Numbered from the stretch's first letter, positions 52,456-62,603 are shown. The stretch is 64,000 nucleotides of DNA from an uncultured Gemmatimonadaceae bacterium (GCA_964596925.1 CAZQWQ010000024.1:135991-199990), one strand, 5' to 3'. Notes: generated from the sequence alone by a model not told the origin. Translations and numbers: made by a program.

Positions 52456-53575
52456 ACTGTTCGAGCTGACCCTCCCGCTGATCGAGCCCTTCATCATCTC
52501 GGGGGGCTCGATCACCGAACGCCGCTCCCTCGTGGTGACGCTCCACGACGGCGAGGGTCACGTGGGCTATGGCGAGTCGCCGCCATTCGCGCTGCCGTTC
52601 TATTCCGAGGAAACGCTCGCCACGGCGCGCGACCTGATCGAGCGCGTCCTGCTGCCGCGGGTCGTGGGCCAGGAGTTCGCGGCTCCAAAGGACGTCGATG
52701 CGGTGCTGCGCGAAGGTGTGCGCGGCAACCCGTTTGCCCGAGCGGGCGTCGAGACGGCCGCTTGGGACCTCGAAGCACACCGCCGCAACACCGGCATGGC
52801 GTCCCTGCTGGGCGAACGGCTCGCGGTGACGATGGCGACGGCGGTACCATGCGGCGTGGCCCTCGGCGTTCCGGAGGACCGGCGGCCGGAGACGCTGACG
52901 CGCCGCGTCGCCGAGGCATTGCGACAGGGCTACCGCCGCGTGAAGATCAAGGTGATGCCTGGCTGGGACGTGGAGGCGGTGCGAGCGGCACGCGCAGGCA
53001 TGGCCGGCGCCGATCTCCCGCTCACCGTGGACGCGAACGGCGCCTACACGTGGCCGGAGCACGAAGCGAATCTTCGCGCCCTCGACGACGCCGGCCTCCT
53101 CTACATCGAGCAGCCCCTCGGCCCGGACGAGCTGGTCGGCCACACGCGGCTCGGGAACGTGCTGCGGACGCCGGTGTGTCTCGACGAAACGTTGAAGAGC
53201 GCGAGTCATGCCCGGCAGATCGCGGATCTCGGCGGGCCCCGGGTCTGGAACGTCAAGGTCCACCGGGTTGGGGGCCTCTCCGAGGTGTGCCGCATTTACC
53301 GGATCGCGACCGAGTACCGAGCCGACCTGTGGGCGGGGACGATGCCCGAGTCGGGAATCGGCTCGCAGGCGCCGCTCGCCGTCGCGGCACTGCCGCTGTG
53401 CGTCTACCCTTCGGATCTCGAGCCGAGCGCGCGGTGGTACGGGCGGAACCAGGACGTCATCAAACTGACGATGGCCAAGGATGGCCGGATGGCGGTGCCG
53501 GACCAGTCGGTCGCTCGGTTGCTCGATCAAACTCGGTTCCGGGCAGCGATGCGGCAGCTCGCGTCGTTTCCCTGA
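52427..53575 (+). CDS. Enolase-superfamily enzyme, o-succinylbenzoate synthase / N-succinylamino-acid racemase / dipeptide epimerase subgroup
   Basis: KxK motif RRVKIKV, metal ligands in LTVDANGAY, LLYIEQPL and VCLDETL, and a second catalytic Lys in WNVKVHRVGG. Confidence 0.85.
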   Translation: MCRVRVTKAELFELTLPLIEPFIISGGSITERRSLVVTLHDGEGHVGYGESPPFALPFYSEETLATARDLIERVLLPRVVGQEFAAPKDVDAVLREGVRGNPFARAGVETAAWDLEAHRRNTGMASLLGERLAVTMATAVPCGVALGVPEDRRPETLTRRVAEALRQGYRRVKIKVMPGWDVEAVRAARAGMAGADLPLTVDANGAYTWPEHEANLRALDDAGLLYIEQPLGPDELVGHTRLGNVLRTPVCLDETLKSASHARQIADLGGPRVWNVKVHRVGGLSEVCRIYRIATEYRADLWAGTMPESGIGSQAPLAVAALPLCVYPSDLEPSARWYGRNQDVIKLTMAKDGRMAVPDQSVARLLDQTRFRAAMRQLASFP

Positions 53576-53627
53576 TTCGCCGTCTCAGCCTGGCACCGAC
53601 TCCTCTCCAAGGACATCTTACCCACCC

Positions 53628-55856
53628 GTGACCACCCTGACTCAACGCCTCGAGAGCGGTCTGCTCGGTCGCTATCGCCTCGAGCGAGAGCTGGGCCAGG
53701 GCGGCATGGCCGTCGTGTTCCTGGCCCACGACCTCCGCCACGACCGCAAGGTCGCGTTAAAGGTGCTGCGGCCGGAGATCTCGGCCGAGATCGGCGCCGA
53801 GCGGTTCTTGCGCGAGATCAAGATGGCGGCGGGCCTCACCCACCCCCACATCCTCCCAGTGTACGACTCGGGCGAGGCCGATGGGCTGCTCTTCTACGTG
53901 ATGCCCAATATGGAAGGGCGCTCGCTGCGCGAGCGGCTCGAGCACGAGCGCCAATTGCCGCTCGAGGAGGCGCTGAAAATCACTCGCGAAGTCGCCGCCG
54001 CACTGGACTATGCCCATCGCCACCACGTGGTGCATCGGGACATCAAGCCCGAGAACATCCTTTTGCACGAGGGTGCGGCGATGGTCGCCGATTTCGGCAT
54101 CGGCAAGGCGTTGAGCGGCAACGGCTCGATCACCCAGACGGGTATGGCGCTGGGCACGCCTGCCTACATGAGTCCGGAGCAGGGCAGCGGCGAGAGCGAC
54201 GTCGACGGGCGGAGCGACCTGTACAGCCTCGGCTGTGTCTTGTACGAAATGTTGAGCGGCGAGCCTCCGTTCACGGGACCCACGGCCCAGGCGATCATCG
54301 CGAAACGCTTCGTCTCACCGATCCCCAAGGTGCGGACCACGCGCGACGTCCCGGAGGCCGTGGATGAGGCGGTCACGCGGGCGTTGGCCCGCACGCCGGT
54401 GGACCGGTTCCCCACCGCCGCCGAGTTCGCCGAGGCGCTGCGGGTTCCGCAGCGGACACCGTCGGAGAGTCAGCGGACCGTCCAGGCTGCGAAAGCGATC
54501 GCCGTCCTGCCGCTGGCGAACCGGAGCGCGGATCCGGAAAACGAGTACTTCTCCGACGGGATGACCGAGGAGATCATCAACGCCCTCGCCAAGGTACCGG
54601 GATTGCAGGTCGCTTCGCGCAGCTCCTGCTTCGCCTTCAAGGGCAAGCAAGTGGACATCCGTGAAGTCGGGGAGAAGCTCGGTGTGGCGTCGGTGCTCGA
54701 AGGGAGCGTCCGCAAAGTCGGGAACCGGATCCGGATTACGGCCCAGCTGATCAGCGTGGAAAACGGCTACCACCTCTGGTCCGAAACCTATGACCGGCAG
54801 CTCGAGGATGTGTTCGCCATCCAGGACGAGATCTCTCGGGCCATCGTGGACGCGCTCAAGCTCCGGCTGGGCAGCGACGCGGGCCAGTTGGTGGCGCCCA
54901 CCAAGAACCTCGAGGCCTATACCCTGTATCTGAAGGGTCGCTTCTTCTTCAACAAGTTCACCGACCCGGGGCTCCGAAAAGGCCTGGATCTATTCCAGCA
55001 GTCCTTGCTGCAGGATCCGGGCTACGCCCGCTCCTACGCTGGCATCGCAGACTGCTGGTGCAATCTGGCGGATGACTGGGTTGTTCCCGACGACGCCTAT
55101 CCCAGGGCGAAAGCCGCTGCAGCGCGGGCGCTCCAACAAGACCCCGAGCTGGCCGAGGCGATCACGTCGATCGGGAAAGTGCTGTGCTGGTACGAATGGG
55201 ACTTTGCCGGTGCCGAACAGCAGCTGCGGCGCGCCGTGGCGCTTAACTCGAACTATGCCGAGGGTCACTGGGCGTTTGGGAGCGTCTTGCCGACGGTCGG
55301 GAAGCTCGGCGAGGCGGTCGAGGAGATGCGCAAGGCGCTCACCCTGGATCCGTTGTACCCGGAATACAGCCGCTGGCTCGGCCGATTCCTGTTGTACGCC
55401 GGCGACTACCCGGCAGCGATCGCGCAGACTCACAAGACCATCGAGCTCAACGCGGACTACTTCCCGTCTTATCTCGACATCGGCGCGGCGTGCCTGGCGC
55501 AAGGACAGCCCGAGGAAGCCCTGGAATGGTTCCGTCATGGGCAGGGCCTGGAAACGAGCGTGCGCTCCTACGATGCGTTCATCGTCCGAGCACTGGCGCC
55601 GCTCGGGCGCGGCGACGAAGCGGAGGAAATCCTCAACCGGTTGGAAGATGAGTCGCGACACCACTACGTCCGGGCCGAAGTCATGGCCATGGGCTACGCC
55701 GCGGTGGGGAATCTCGATCGCGCCTTCGCTTGCCTTGAGCGCGCGTACCAGGCCCGCTCGGCTGGCCTGATTTATCTGCACCTGGATCCCGGTTTTGCCT
55801 CCCTGCGCGGCGATGCGCGCTTCAGCGAGTTGGTGCAGCGCATCGGATTGAAATAA
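53628..55856 (+). CDS. Ser/Thr protein kinase with TolB-N-like and TPR C-terminal region
   Basis: GTG at 53628 is the only start upstream of the Gly loop. Motifs LGQGGMAVVF, VALKVL, HRDIKPENILL and VADFGIGKA. These are followed by IAVLPLANRSADPENEYFSDGMTEEII and TPR-like helices. Confidence 0.85.
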   Translation: MTTLTQRLESGLLGRYRLERELGQGGMAVVFLAHDLRHDRKVALKVLRPEISAEIGAERFLREIKMAAGLTHPHILPVYDSGEADGLLFYVMPNMEGRSLRERLEHERQLPLEEALKITREVAAALDYAHRHHVVHRDIKPENILLHEGAAMVADFGIGKALSGNGSITQTGMALGTPAYMSPEQGSGESDVDGRSDLYSLGCVLYEMLSGEPPFTGPTAQAIIAKRFVSPIPKVRTTRDVPEAVDEAVTRALARTPVDRFPTAAEFAEALRVPQRTPSESQRTVQAAKAIAVLPLANRSADPENEYFSDGMTEEIINALAKVPGLQVASRSSCFAFKGKQVDIREVGEKLGVASVLEGSVRKVGNRIRITAQLISVENGYHLWSETYDRQLEDVFAIQDEISRAIVDALKLRLGSDAGQLVAPTKNLEAYTLYLKGRFFFNKFTDPGLRKGLDLFQQSLLQDPGYARSYAGIADCWCNLADDWVVPDDAYPRAKAAAARALQQDPELAEAITSIGKVLCWYEWDFAGAEQQLRRAVALNSNYAEGHWAFGSVLPTVGKLGEAVEEMRKALTLDPLYPEYSRWLGRFLLYAGDYPAAIAQTHKTIELNADYFPSYLDIGAACLAQGQPEEALEWFRHGQGLETSVRSYDAFIVRALAPLGRGDEAEEILNRLEDESRHHYVRAEVMAMGYAAVGNLDRAFACLERAYQARSAGLIYLHLDPGFASLRGDARFSELVQRIGLK

Positions 55857-55974
55857 TCCGGTTCCCCGCAACTCGTTGTTGCGTTGAGAGATACCGGTTG
55901 GAGTTGACCACACCCGTAAGTTCTTGTTCACCGAAGCCGCGAACGCCGACAACAGTCTTCCGAAAGCGACCCTC

Positions 55975-56436
55975 ATGTCCCGACAGCCGAACGGTTACTG
56001 GGCCAGCAACTTGTACAAGAACCCGCGCACCCGCCCGAAATCCGACGCGCCGGCGCGAGACCTCCCCACGCTCGCGGCCGGTCGCTTTAAACACGCGCGC
56101 GAAGGAGTGCGCGCGCTGCGCCACGTTACCGAACAGGTGGTGTTCATGGGCACCGCCTGGAAGTGGGTCTGGATGTATGAGGTCGGCGGGCGCAAGCTCG
56201 GTTTCCTCCATCCGATGGAGTCGGCGGTGAGCGGGACCTTCGTGCTCAACGGGGCGGAAGAACAGGAGCTGGTGCTCGCCAACGGCCTTTCAAAACGTGT
56301 GAAGCATGCCGTGCGGGACGGGGAGTTGGCCGATGGGGTGCGCTGGTGTTGGATGGAGTTCCCCGACCTCGATACCGTCGAGGGCTTCGTCGAGGTGATC
56401 CGCCTCAAGCACCACCTCCTGTCGCGCCCCGACTAG
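55975..56436 (+). CDS. Hypothetical protein (about 153 aa)
   Basis: Good G/C3 codon usage throughout. ATG at 55975 (TTG alternative at 55924). I could assign no motif with confidence. Confidence 0.5.
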   Translation: MSRQPNGYWASNLYKNPRTRPKSDAPARDLPTLAAGRFKHAREGVRALRHVTEQVVFMGTAWKWVWMYEVGGRKLGFLHPMESAVSGTFVLNGAEEQELVLANGLSKRVKHAVRDGELADGVRWCWMEFPDLDTVEGFVEVIRLKHHLLSRPD

Positions 56437-56459
56437 CCGGGCCTTGTGCGGTCTTCGCC

Positions 56460-56483
56460 GGGCGCGCTACATTCTTCGCGCCC
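56460..56483 (+). terminator. Stem-loop after the hypothetical gene
   Basis: GGGCGCG (56460..56466) pairs with CGCGCCC (56477..56483) around a 10-nt loop. No T-tract. Confidence 0.3.
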
Positions 56484-56553
56484 GCAAGCTGTTGCCGTAC
56501 CAAGCCGTTTGCCGTCCTAACCACACTAGGATTTTTCGATCGAGGCCACCGCC

Positions 56554-57144
56554 TTGGCGACGACCAAAGGGTGCAGGACTGCGACCGGCATCGCGCTGGC
56601 GATCGCTGTAACCGTTGGCGCTCCATCGCTGGCGGGGCAGGGTGCCCAATCCGCCTCCCCCCCAGGGTACAAAGCTCCCGTTGTCAGTGACACCGGCGCC
56701 CTGCCGGGACCGCGCCAGCCGATCTTCTTCCGTCACGACATCCACGCCGGTCAGGACCAGATCCCCTGCATGTATTGCCACTCTACCGTGGCAGTCTCAA
56801 GCGAGCCCGGGATTCCCGCGCTGCGGACCTGCATCGGTTGCCACCAGATCATCGGAGGCTCCACCCCGGCGCACCAGGCCGAGATCGCCAAGGTCCGCAA
56901 GGCCTGGAGTGACCGGCAGCCACCGGAGTGGATCCGTGTGTACTGGGTCCCGGAGTTCGTGCGGTTCCCGCATATGCGGCACATCAAGGTGCTGGGGACC
57001 GGCCCCGAGTCGTGCGCCATTTGTCACGGCCAGGTGAACCGGATGACGCAGGTCAACCAGGTGCCAACATTGAAGATGGGCTGGTGCATAAGCTGTCATG
57101 TGCAACGCGGGGTGAGTCGCGATTGCTCGGTGTGCCATTACTAG
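56554..57144 (+). CDS. actA: Alternative complex III subunit ActA, pentahaem cytochrome c
   Basis: Five CXXCH motifs (CMYCH, CIGCH, CAICH, CISCH, CSVCH), an N-terminal signal/anchor and a TTG start. First gene of the act cluster. Confidence 0.85.
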   Translation: MATTKGCRTATGIALAIAVTVGAPSLAGQGAQSASPPGYKAPVVSDTGALPGPRQPIFFRHDIHAGQDQIPCMYCHSTVAVSSEPGIPALRTCIGCHQIIGGSTPAHQAEIAKVRKAWSDRQPPEWIRVYWVPEFVRFPHMRHIKVLGTGPESCAICHGQVNRMTQVNQVPTLKMGWCISCHVQRGVSRDCSVCHY

Positions 57145-57162
57145 GCGGGCGTCGGAGATCAT

Positions 57163-60162
57163 ATGACTGACGGGATGAACCGGCGACGGTTCCTGAAAGT
57201 CCTCGGCGTGACGGGTGGAGGTGCGGCCGTGCTCTCCGGGTGCGGCATCGGCCCCGAGCCGACCGAAAAACTCATCCCCTATCTCGTGCCTCCCGAAGAC
57301 CAGATCCCCGGGACGCCAACCTGGTACGCCAGCACCTGCCGGGAATGCGCTGCCGGGTGCGGGATTCATGTGAAGGTGCGTGAAGGACGCGCGATCAAGG
57401 TCGAAGGCAACCCCGAATCGTCCATCAACCACGGCCGCTTGTGCGCCCGCGGCCAGGCTGCGCTGCAAGGGCTCTACAATCCCGATCGCGTCACCGGCCC
57501 ACTGCAGCGCAACGCCTCCGGCCGGCTCGAGCCGACGACCTGGGACGAAGGCCTGGCGACGTTGCAGGCGAAAGTCCAAGAGGCTCGAGACCGGGGGATT
57601 ACGTTCGTCACCGGACTCGAGTCCGGCAGCTTCGGCAACCTGGTCGACGAGTGGATGCAGCAGGTGGGTGGGCGGCATGTCACCTACGAACCGTTCGCGT
57701 TCGAAGCGCTCCGGGAAGGGAACCGCCTCGCCTTCGGCGATGCCAGCCTTCCGTGGTACGACTTCGCGAGCGCGAAGTACATACTCTCCTTTGGCGCCGA
57801 TTTCATGGAAACCTGGCTCTCGCCGGTCGGCTTCCAGGGCGCTTTTACGCGCGCGCACAGCTTCGAGTCGGGCCAACGGTCCGAGATGGCGAAGTTCGTG
57901 TTCGTCGCGCCCCGCATGCCGCAGACGGGACTCGTGGCCGATGAATGGTTGGCCGTGACGCCTGGCACTGAAGGCCTGCTGGCCCTCGCGATGGCCCAGG
58001 TGATCGTCAGCGGGCGACTGGCGCCGGTGCCGGGCGATGCCGCGCGCCTGAGCCTGCCTTCACCGGCCACGGTAGCGGAAGTCGTCGGGATCGAAGCGGG
58101 CGTGATCGAGCGCCTGGCGAGCGAGTTCGCTCGCTCCGGCGCTCCGCTGGCGGTGGCGGGCGGCATCGCGGCTCACTATGACAACGGCGCGGAAATCGTC
58201 GCCGCGGTCAACATCCTCAACTACGTCGCCGGTGCCGTCGGTCGGACCGTAAAGTTCGGCGCCGACCTGGCGCTTGGCTCCGCCGGCAGCTTCCGCGACA
58301 TGGCCTCCCTGACGAGCGACATGGCGTCCGACCGAGTCGCCCTGCTGCTGATCCACGGTGCCAACCCGGTCCATTCGTTGGGCGGCAACTTCGCGCAAGC
58401 GTGGGGGAAAGTCGGGTTCAAGGTCTCGTTCTCCTCCTATCTCGACGAGACGGCGGCGGGAGCGGACCTCGTGCTTCCCGATCTGCACCCACTGGAGCAG
58501 TGGAACGACAGTCGCCCGCGTTCCGGCGTGTATGCGTTGCAGCAGCCCGCGATGCTGCCCGTGTTCGAAGGCACGCGACACACGGGCGATGTCGTGATGG
58601 AGATCCTGGCACGGACCCGGTCGCCGCAATCGGCGGTGATAGGGTCATTCAAAGACTACCTCCGAGACAATTGGGCGACCCTCCATCGGCGCATCGGGGG
58701 TGGAAAGCCGTTCGAGCAATGGTGGGCCGAGGCACTGCAGCACGGCGGGATCTATGGCGAACCACCCACCCGAGCCGTTCGGCTTGCGGCGGGCGCTGGT
58801 GCCGCCACAACGGAAACCACTCAGCCGTACGCGGCCGGCGCCATTACGGCGATCGTCTTCCCGCACCCGGTGCTGCATGACGGCCGCGGCGCGAACAAGC
58901 CGTGGCTCCAGGAGCTGCCCGATCCAGTGTCCAAAGTGACGTGGCACGGCTGGGTCGAGGTGCACCCCGAGACGGCCCAGCACTGGGACCTCGCGAGCGG
59001 CGATTTCCTGCTCATCCGGTCCGGGTTTGGCGCGGTGACCGCGCCGGCCTGGATCACGCCATCGGTGCGTCCGGGCGTGCTCGCGCTCCCGACCGGTCAG
59101 GGTCACAAAGCGTACGGCCGCTATGCGCAGGACCGTTCCTTCAACGCGTTTGAGCTGCTGGCGAGCGAACCGAACGCGTATGGTGGCCGGACACACGCGA
59201 TGACGGTCACGGTGTCCAAGACCGCCGATCACCGCAGGCTTGCCAGCACGGAAGCAATGGGTCGCCACCTGGGTGAGGCGATTGCCCCGGTGCTGCCGCT
59301 CGCGCGGGCGCTCGAGCTGAAGCCGGGCGAACATGCGGTCCACGAGGAAGAGATCCCCGGGTACGCCCATGCGGCGCAAGAGGGATGGGCCGAGGCGCAG
59401 CATGAAAAGGCCTCGCTCGGCGACTACGCCGGCGAGCACCCGCGCTGGGCCATGGCGATCGACCTCGCCAAATGCACCGGCTGTTCCGCGTGCGTCACCG
59501 CCTGCTACGCGGAAAACAATGTGGCGACGGTCGGGGAAGAGCTGGTGCAGCGTGGCCGTGAGCTGGCCTGGTTGCGCATCGAACGCTACTTCCGTCCCGC
59601 GGCGTCGGGCGCGGTCACCGCGGCGATCGCGCCGATGCTGTGCCAGCACTGCGGCAATGCGCCGTGCGAGCCGGTATGTCCGGTGTTCGCCGCGTATCAC
59701 ACGCCGGACGGGTTGAACGCCCAGGTCTACAACCGGTGTGTCGGCACCCGCTATTGCTCCAACAACTGCCCGTACAAAGTACGGGTGTTCAATTGGTACA
59801 ATTTCGCGGAGCCCGGCGGGATCTGGGATGCCTTCCCGGAGCCGCTCACCTGGCAGCTCAACCCGGATGTCACGGTGCGCGAGAAGGGCGTGATGGAGAA
59901 ATGCACCTTCTGCGTGCAGCGCATCCGGGGCGCCCAGAACCAGGCTCGGCTGGAAGACCGCAACGTGCGCGACGGCGACATCGTCCCCGCCTGCGCGCAG
60001 ACCTGCCCGTCCGAAGCGATCGTCTTCGGTGACCTGAACGATCCGCGGTCGCGCGTGCATGCATTGGCGGAGGACCCGCGCGGCTACCACGTGTTGGCCG
60101 GCCTGAATACCAAGCCAGGAATCACCTACCTGGCCAAGGTGACGGCTGGGGGAGAGGCCTGA
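57163..60162 (+). CDS. actB: Alternative complex III subunit ActB (molybdopterin-oxidoreductase-like domain fused to a 4-cluster ferredoxin domain)
   Basis: Tat signal RRRFLKVLG. A MopB-like N-terminal two thirds. The C-terminal third carries CTGCSACVTAC, CQHCGNAPCEPVC, CSNNCPYKV and CTFCVQR. Confidence 0.9.
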   Translation: MTDGMNRRRFLKVLGVTGGGAAVLSGCGIGPEPTEKLIPYLVPPEDQIPGTPTWYASTCRECAAGCGIHVKVREGRAIKVEGNPESSINHGRLCARGQAALQGLYNPDRVTGPLQRNASGRLEPTTWDEGLATLQAKVQEARDRGITFVTGLESGSFGNLVDEWMQQVGGRHVTYEPFAFEALREGNRLAFGDASLPWYDFASAKYILSFGADFMETWLSPVGFQGAFTRAHSFESGQRSEMAKFVFVAPRMPQTGLVADEWLAVTPGTEGLLALAMAQVIVSGRLAPVPGDAARLSLPSPATVAEVVGIEAGVIERLASEFARSGAPLAVAGGIAAHYDNGAEIVAAVNILNYVAGAVGRTVKFGADLALGSAGSFRDMASLTSDMASDRVALLLIHGANPVHSLGGNFAQAWGKVGFKVSFSSYLDETAAGADLVLPDLHPLEQWNDSRPRSGVYALQQPAMLPVFEGTRHTGDVVMEILARTRSPQSAVIGSFKDYLRDNWATLHRRIGGGKPFEQWWAEALQHGGIYGEPPTRAVRLAAGAGAATTETTQPYAAGAITAIVFPHPVLHDGRGANKPWLQELPDPVSKVTWHGWVEVHPETAQHWDLASGDFLLIRSGFGAVTAPAWITPSVRPGVLALPTGQGHKAYGRYAQDRSFNAFELLASEPNAYGGRTHAMTVTVSKTADHRRLASTEAMGRHLGEAIAPVLPLARALELKPGEHAVHEEEIPGYAHAAQEGWAEAQHEKASLGDYAGEHPRWAMAIDLAKCTGCSACVTACYAENNVATVGEELVQRGRELAWLRIERYFRPAASGAVTAAIAPMLCQHCGNAPCEPVCPVFAAYHTPDGLNAQVYNRCVGTRYCSNNCPYKVRVFNWYNFAEPGGIWDAFPEPLTWQLNPDVTVREKGVMEKCTFCVQRIRGAQNQARLEDRNVRDGDIVPACAQTCPSEAIVFGDLNDPRSRVHALAEDPRGYHVLAGLNTKPGITYLAKVTAGGEA

Positions 60163-60164
60163 GC

Positions 60165-61523
60165 GTGTCGCAGACACCGCCCCCCGCCGCTCCGCCCACA
60201 CCCGTGACCTACGACTTCGTCACGCGGGCCATCGCGCGCACGCTCGGGAACCCGGGGAAGGGCTACTTCCTGCTGCTCGGGGCCTCCGTGACGCTGCTCG
60301 CGGTCGGCATCGTCTGTCTCGTGCTCTTGATCCGCTACGGACTCGGGCTCGCGGGCTACTCGCATCCGGTGTATTGGGCTGTCTTCATCACCTGCTTCGT
60401 CTTCTGGGTGGGTATCGCCCATTCGGGCACGCTGATCTCGGCGATTCTCTATCTGTTCCGGTCGGGGTGGCGGACTGCGGTGTACCGCACCGCCGAAGCG
60501 ATGACGGTGTTCGCCGTGATGACCGCGGGCCTGTTCCCCCTGATCCACATCGGACGCCAGTGGTACTTCTACTGGCTGGTGCCGTATCCGAACGAGCGCG
60601 GGCTGTGGCCCAACTTCAAGTCGCCGCTCATCTGGGACGAGTTCGCGATCGGGACGTACTTCACCGTTTCCACCGTGTTCCTGATCATGGGGCTGATCCC
60701 CGACATCGCCGCCGTGCGCGACGTGGCCACGGGGTGGCGCCGCAAGCTCTACTCGCTCACCGCGCTCGGTTGGCGCGGCACGAATGAGCAGTGGCGCCAC
60801 TATACGCGGGGGTACCTCTATCTCGCCGCGCTCGCGACGCCGCTGGTGTTGTCGGTGCACAGCGTCGTGTCCTGGGACTTCGCCATGGCAATCGTCCCCG
60901 GGTGGCATGCCACGATCTTCGCCCCCTACTTCGTCGCCGGGGCGATCTATTCGGGCGTCGCCATGGTGATCACCCTGCTCGTTCCCATTCGGCGGCTGTA
61001 CCATCTTGAAGATCTGATTACCGTCCACCACTTTGAGAACCTGGCGAAGTTGTGCCTGCTCACGGGCATGATCGTCGGGTTCGCCTATTGCACGGAGTAC
61101 TTCATCGCCTGGTTCGGCGGGAACCCGAACGAACGCGCCGCGTTTTGGCTCCGGGCGTTTGGGCCCTTCTGGTGGGCCGGCTGGACGATGATTATCTGCA
61201 ACGGCTTCCTGCCATTGCTGCTGTGGTTCAAGAAGATCCGCACCAACATCACGTCGCTGTTCGTGATCTCGATCTTCGTCAACATCGGGATGTGGTTCGA
61301 GCGCTATGTGATCATCGTGGTTTCCCTCGCGTTTGAGCCGTACTCGCAGTGGTCCAACGCCGGCTATAACCCGACCTGGGCTGACTGGGGCATCATGGCG
61401 GGGAGCTTCGGCTGGTTCTTCATGTGGTTCCTGCTGTTCGTGAAGAACTTCCCGGCGGTCTCGATCTCCGAGGTCAAGGAAGTGCTGCCGCCGCCAACGC
61501 GGACCAAGGGGAGGGTCCCGTGA
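60165..61523 (+). CDS. actC: Alternative complex III subunit ActC (NrfD/PsrC-like quinol-interacting membrane subunit)
   Basis: About 10 TM helices with the NrfD-like pattern. Its position directly after actB is conserved. Confidence 0.85.
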   Translation: MSQTPPPAAPPTPVTYDFVTRAIARTLGNPGKGYFLLLGASVTLLAVGIVCLVLLIRYGLGLAGYSHPVYWAVFITCFVFWVGIAHSGTLISAILYLFRSGWRTAVYRTAEAMTVFAVMTAGLFPLIHIGRQWYFYWLVPYPNERGLWPNFKSPLIWDEFAIGTYFTVSTVFLIMGLIPDIAAVRDVATGWRRKLYSLTALGWRGTNEQWRHYTRGYLYLAALATPLVLSVHSVVSWDFAMAIVPGWHATIFAPYFVAGAIYSGVAMVITLLVPIRRLYHLEDLITVHHFENLAKLCLLTGMIVGFAYCTEYFIAWFGGNPNERAAFWLRAFGPFWWAGWTMIICNGFLPLLLWFKKIRTNITSLFVISIFVNIGMWFERYVIIVVSLAFEPYSQWSNAGYNPTWADWGIMAGSFGWFFMWFLLFVKNFPAVSISEVKEVLPPPTRTKGRVP

Positions 61524-62068
61524 TGCTCCCCAAGGTGCTCACGGAGATGTTCCATCCGCCGATGACGCCGGGGGTGCTCGCCGTGTTCGGGCATCTGGAT
61601 GCCACGGTGGACGCGATCGGCAAACTCAAGACCGGCCAGTACGAAGATCTTACGGTGTACTCGCCCATCCCCCGGCACGAGATCGAAAGCGCGCTCGACC
61701 AGCCGGTGAGTCCGGTGCGCATGTGGACCCTGATCGGCGGGATGACGGGGTGCGGCATCGGGGCGTGGCTGACGTTGTACATGTCGTACGACTGGCCGGT
61801 GGTCGTGGGCGGCAAGCCGGTCGGCTCCATTCCGCCCTACATCATCATCATGTTCGAGATGACCGTCCTGTTCGGCGCGCTCTCCACCATCCTGGGCATC
61901 ATCTTCAACGCCCTGCATGCCCGGCGTCGCCTCGGCGTGATCGCCTATGACCCGCGGTTCACCAACGACAAGTTTGGCATCTTCGTCCCGTGCGGCCCGG
62001 ACCGGGCCGGCGCGGTCGAGGCGTTACTCAAGGGCGTCGGGGCCGAGGAGGCGCGCCATGTGTCGTAA
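61523..62068 (+). CDS. actD: Alternative complex III subunit ActD (DUF3341-type)
   Basis: The ATG at 61523 shares a base with the actC stop. A soluble N-terminal domain (GVLAVFGHLDATVDAIGKL) followed by two TM helices. Confidence 0.75.
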   Translation: MLPKVLTEMFHPPMTPGVLAVFGHLDATVDAIGKLKTGQYEDLTVYSPIPRHEIESALDQPVSPVRMWTLIGGMTGCGIGAWLTLYMSYDWPVVVGGKPVGSIPPYIIIMFEMTVLFGALSTILGIIFNALHARRRLGVIAYDPRFTNDKFGIFVPCGPDRAGAVEALLKGVGAEEARHVS

Positions 62069-62603
62069 GCCGATCGTCCTCGCCGCCGCGCTGATGCTGC
62101 TCGCCGCCTGCGACCCGGACTATGTGGTGCACCACGTGGGCTGGTTCTCCACCATGCGCCATCAGCGCAGCATCCGGCCGTACGGCATGCCGCGCCCGAG
62201 CGTTCCGGGAACGGTGCCGGTGACCGGCACGGAACCCGATTCGATCGGGCTCGTGGCCGCGGAGCGGGCGACCAATCCCCGGACGCGCACCTCGGAGTCG
62301 CTGAATCGCGGGAAATGGGTGTACGAGACGTACTGCCAGGTGTGTCACGGCGAGACGGGACGCGGCGACGGGCCGATCTCCGCGATGGCTGGCGGCCCCT
62401 TCTTCGGCGTCCGGTCGCTCGTGAACGACACCATCGCCGGGCGGAGCGACGGATACCACTTCGGGGTCGTGATCCACGCCCCCAGCATGGGACGCGGTCT
62501 GATGCCGATCTACGGCGACCAGGTCCACGGCACCGACCGCTGGGACGTCGTGAACTACATGCGGTTCCTGCAGCAACAGGCCAGCACCGGGGGAAGCCCG
62601 TGA
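62058..62603 (+). CDS. actE: Alternative complex III subunit ActE, monohaem cytochrome c lipoprotein
   Basis: ATG at 62058, lipobox LLAAC, and a single CQVCHG haem motif. Confidence 0.8.
   Translation: MCRKPIVLAAALMLLAACDPDYVVHHVGWFSTMRHQRSIRPYGMPRPSVPGTVPVTGTEPDSIGLVAAERATNPRTRTSESLNRGKWVYETYCQVCHGETGRGDGPISAMAGGPFFGVRSLVNDTIAGRSDGYHFGVVIHAPSMGRGLMPIYGDQVHGTDRWDVVNYMRFLQQQASTGGSP

Noticed and set aside
52049-53530. 493-aa minus-strand ORF opposite the enolase-superfamily gene
   Set aside because: It is an antisense shadow with no motifs. The plus strand has the full KxK/D/E/D/K catalytic set.
58645-60201. 518-aa minus-strand ORF inside actB
   Set aside because: It is an antisense shadow. 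The plus strand carries the Fe-S cluster motifs.
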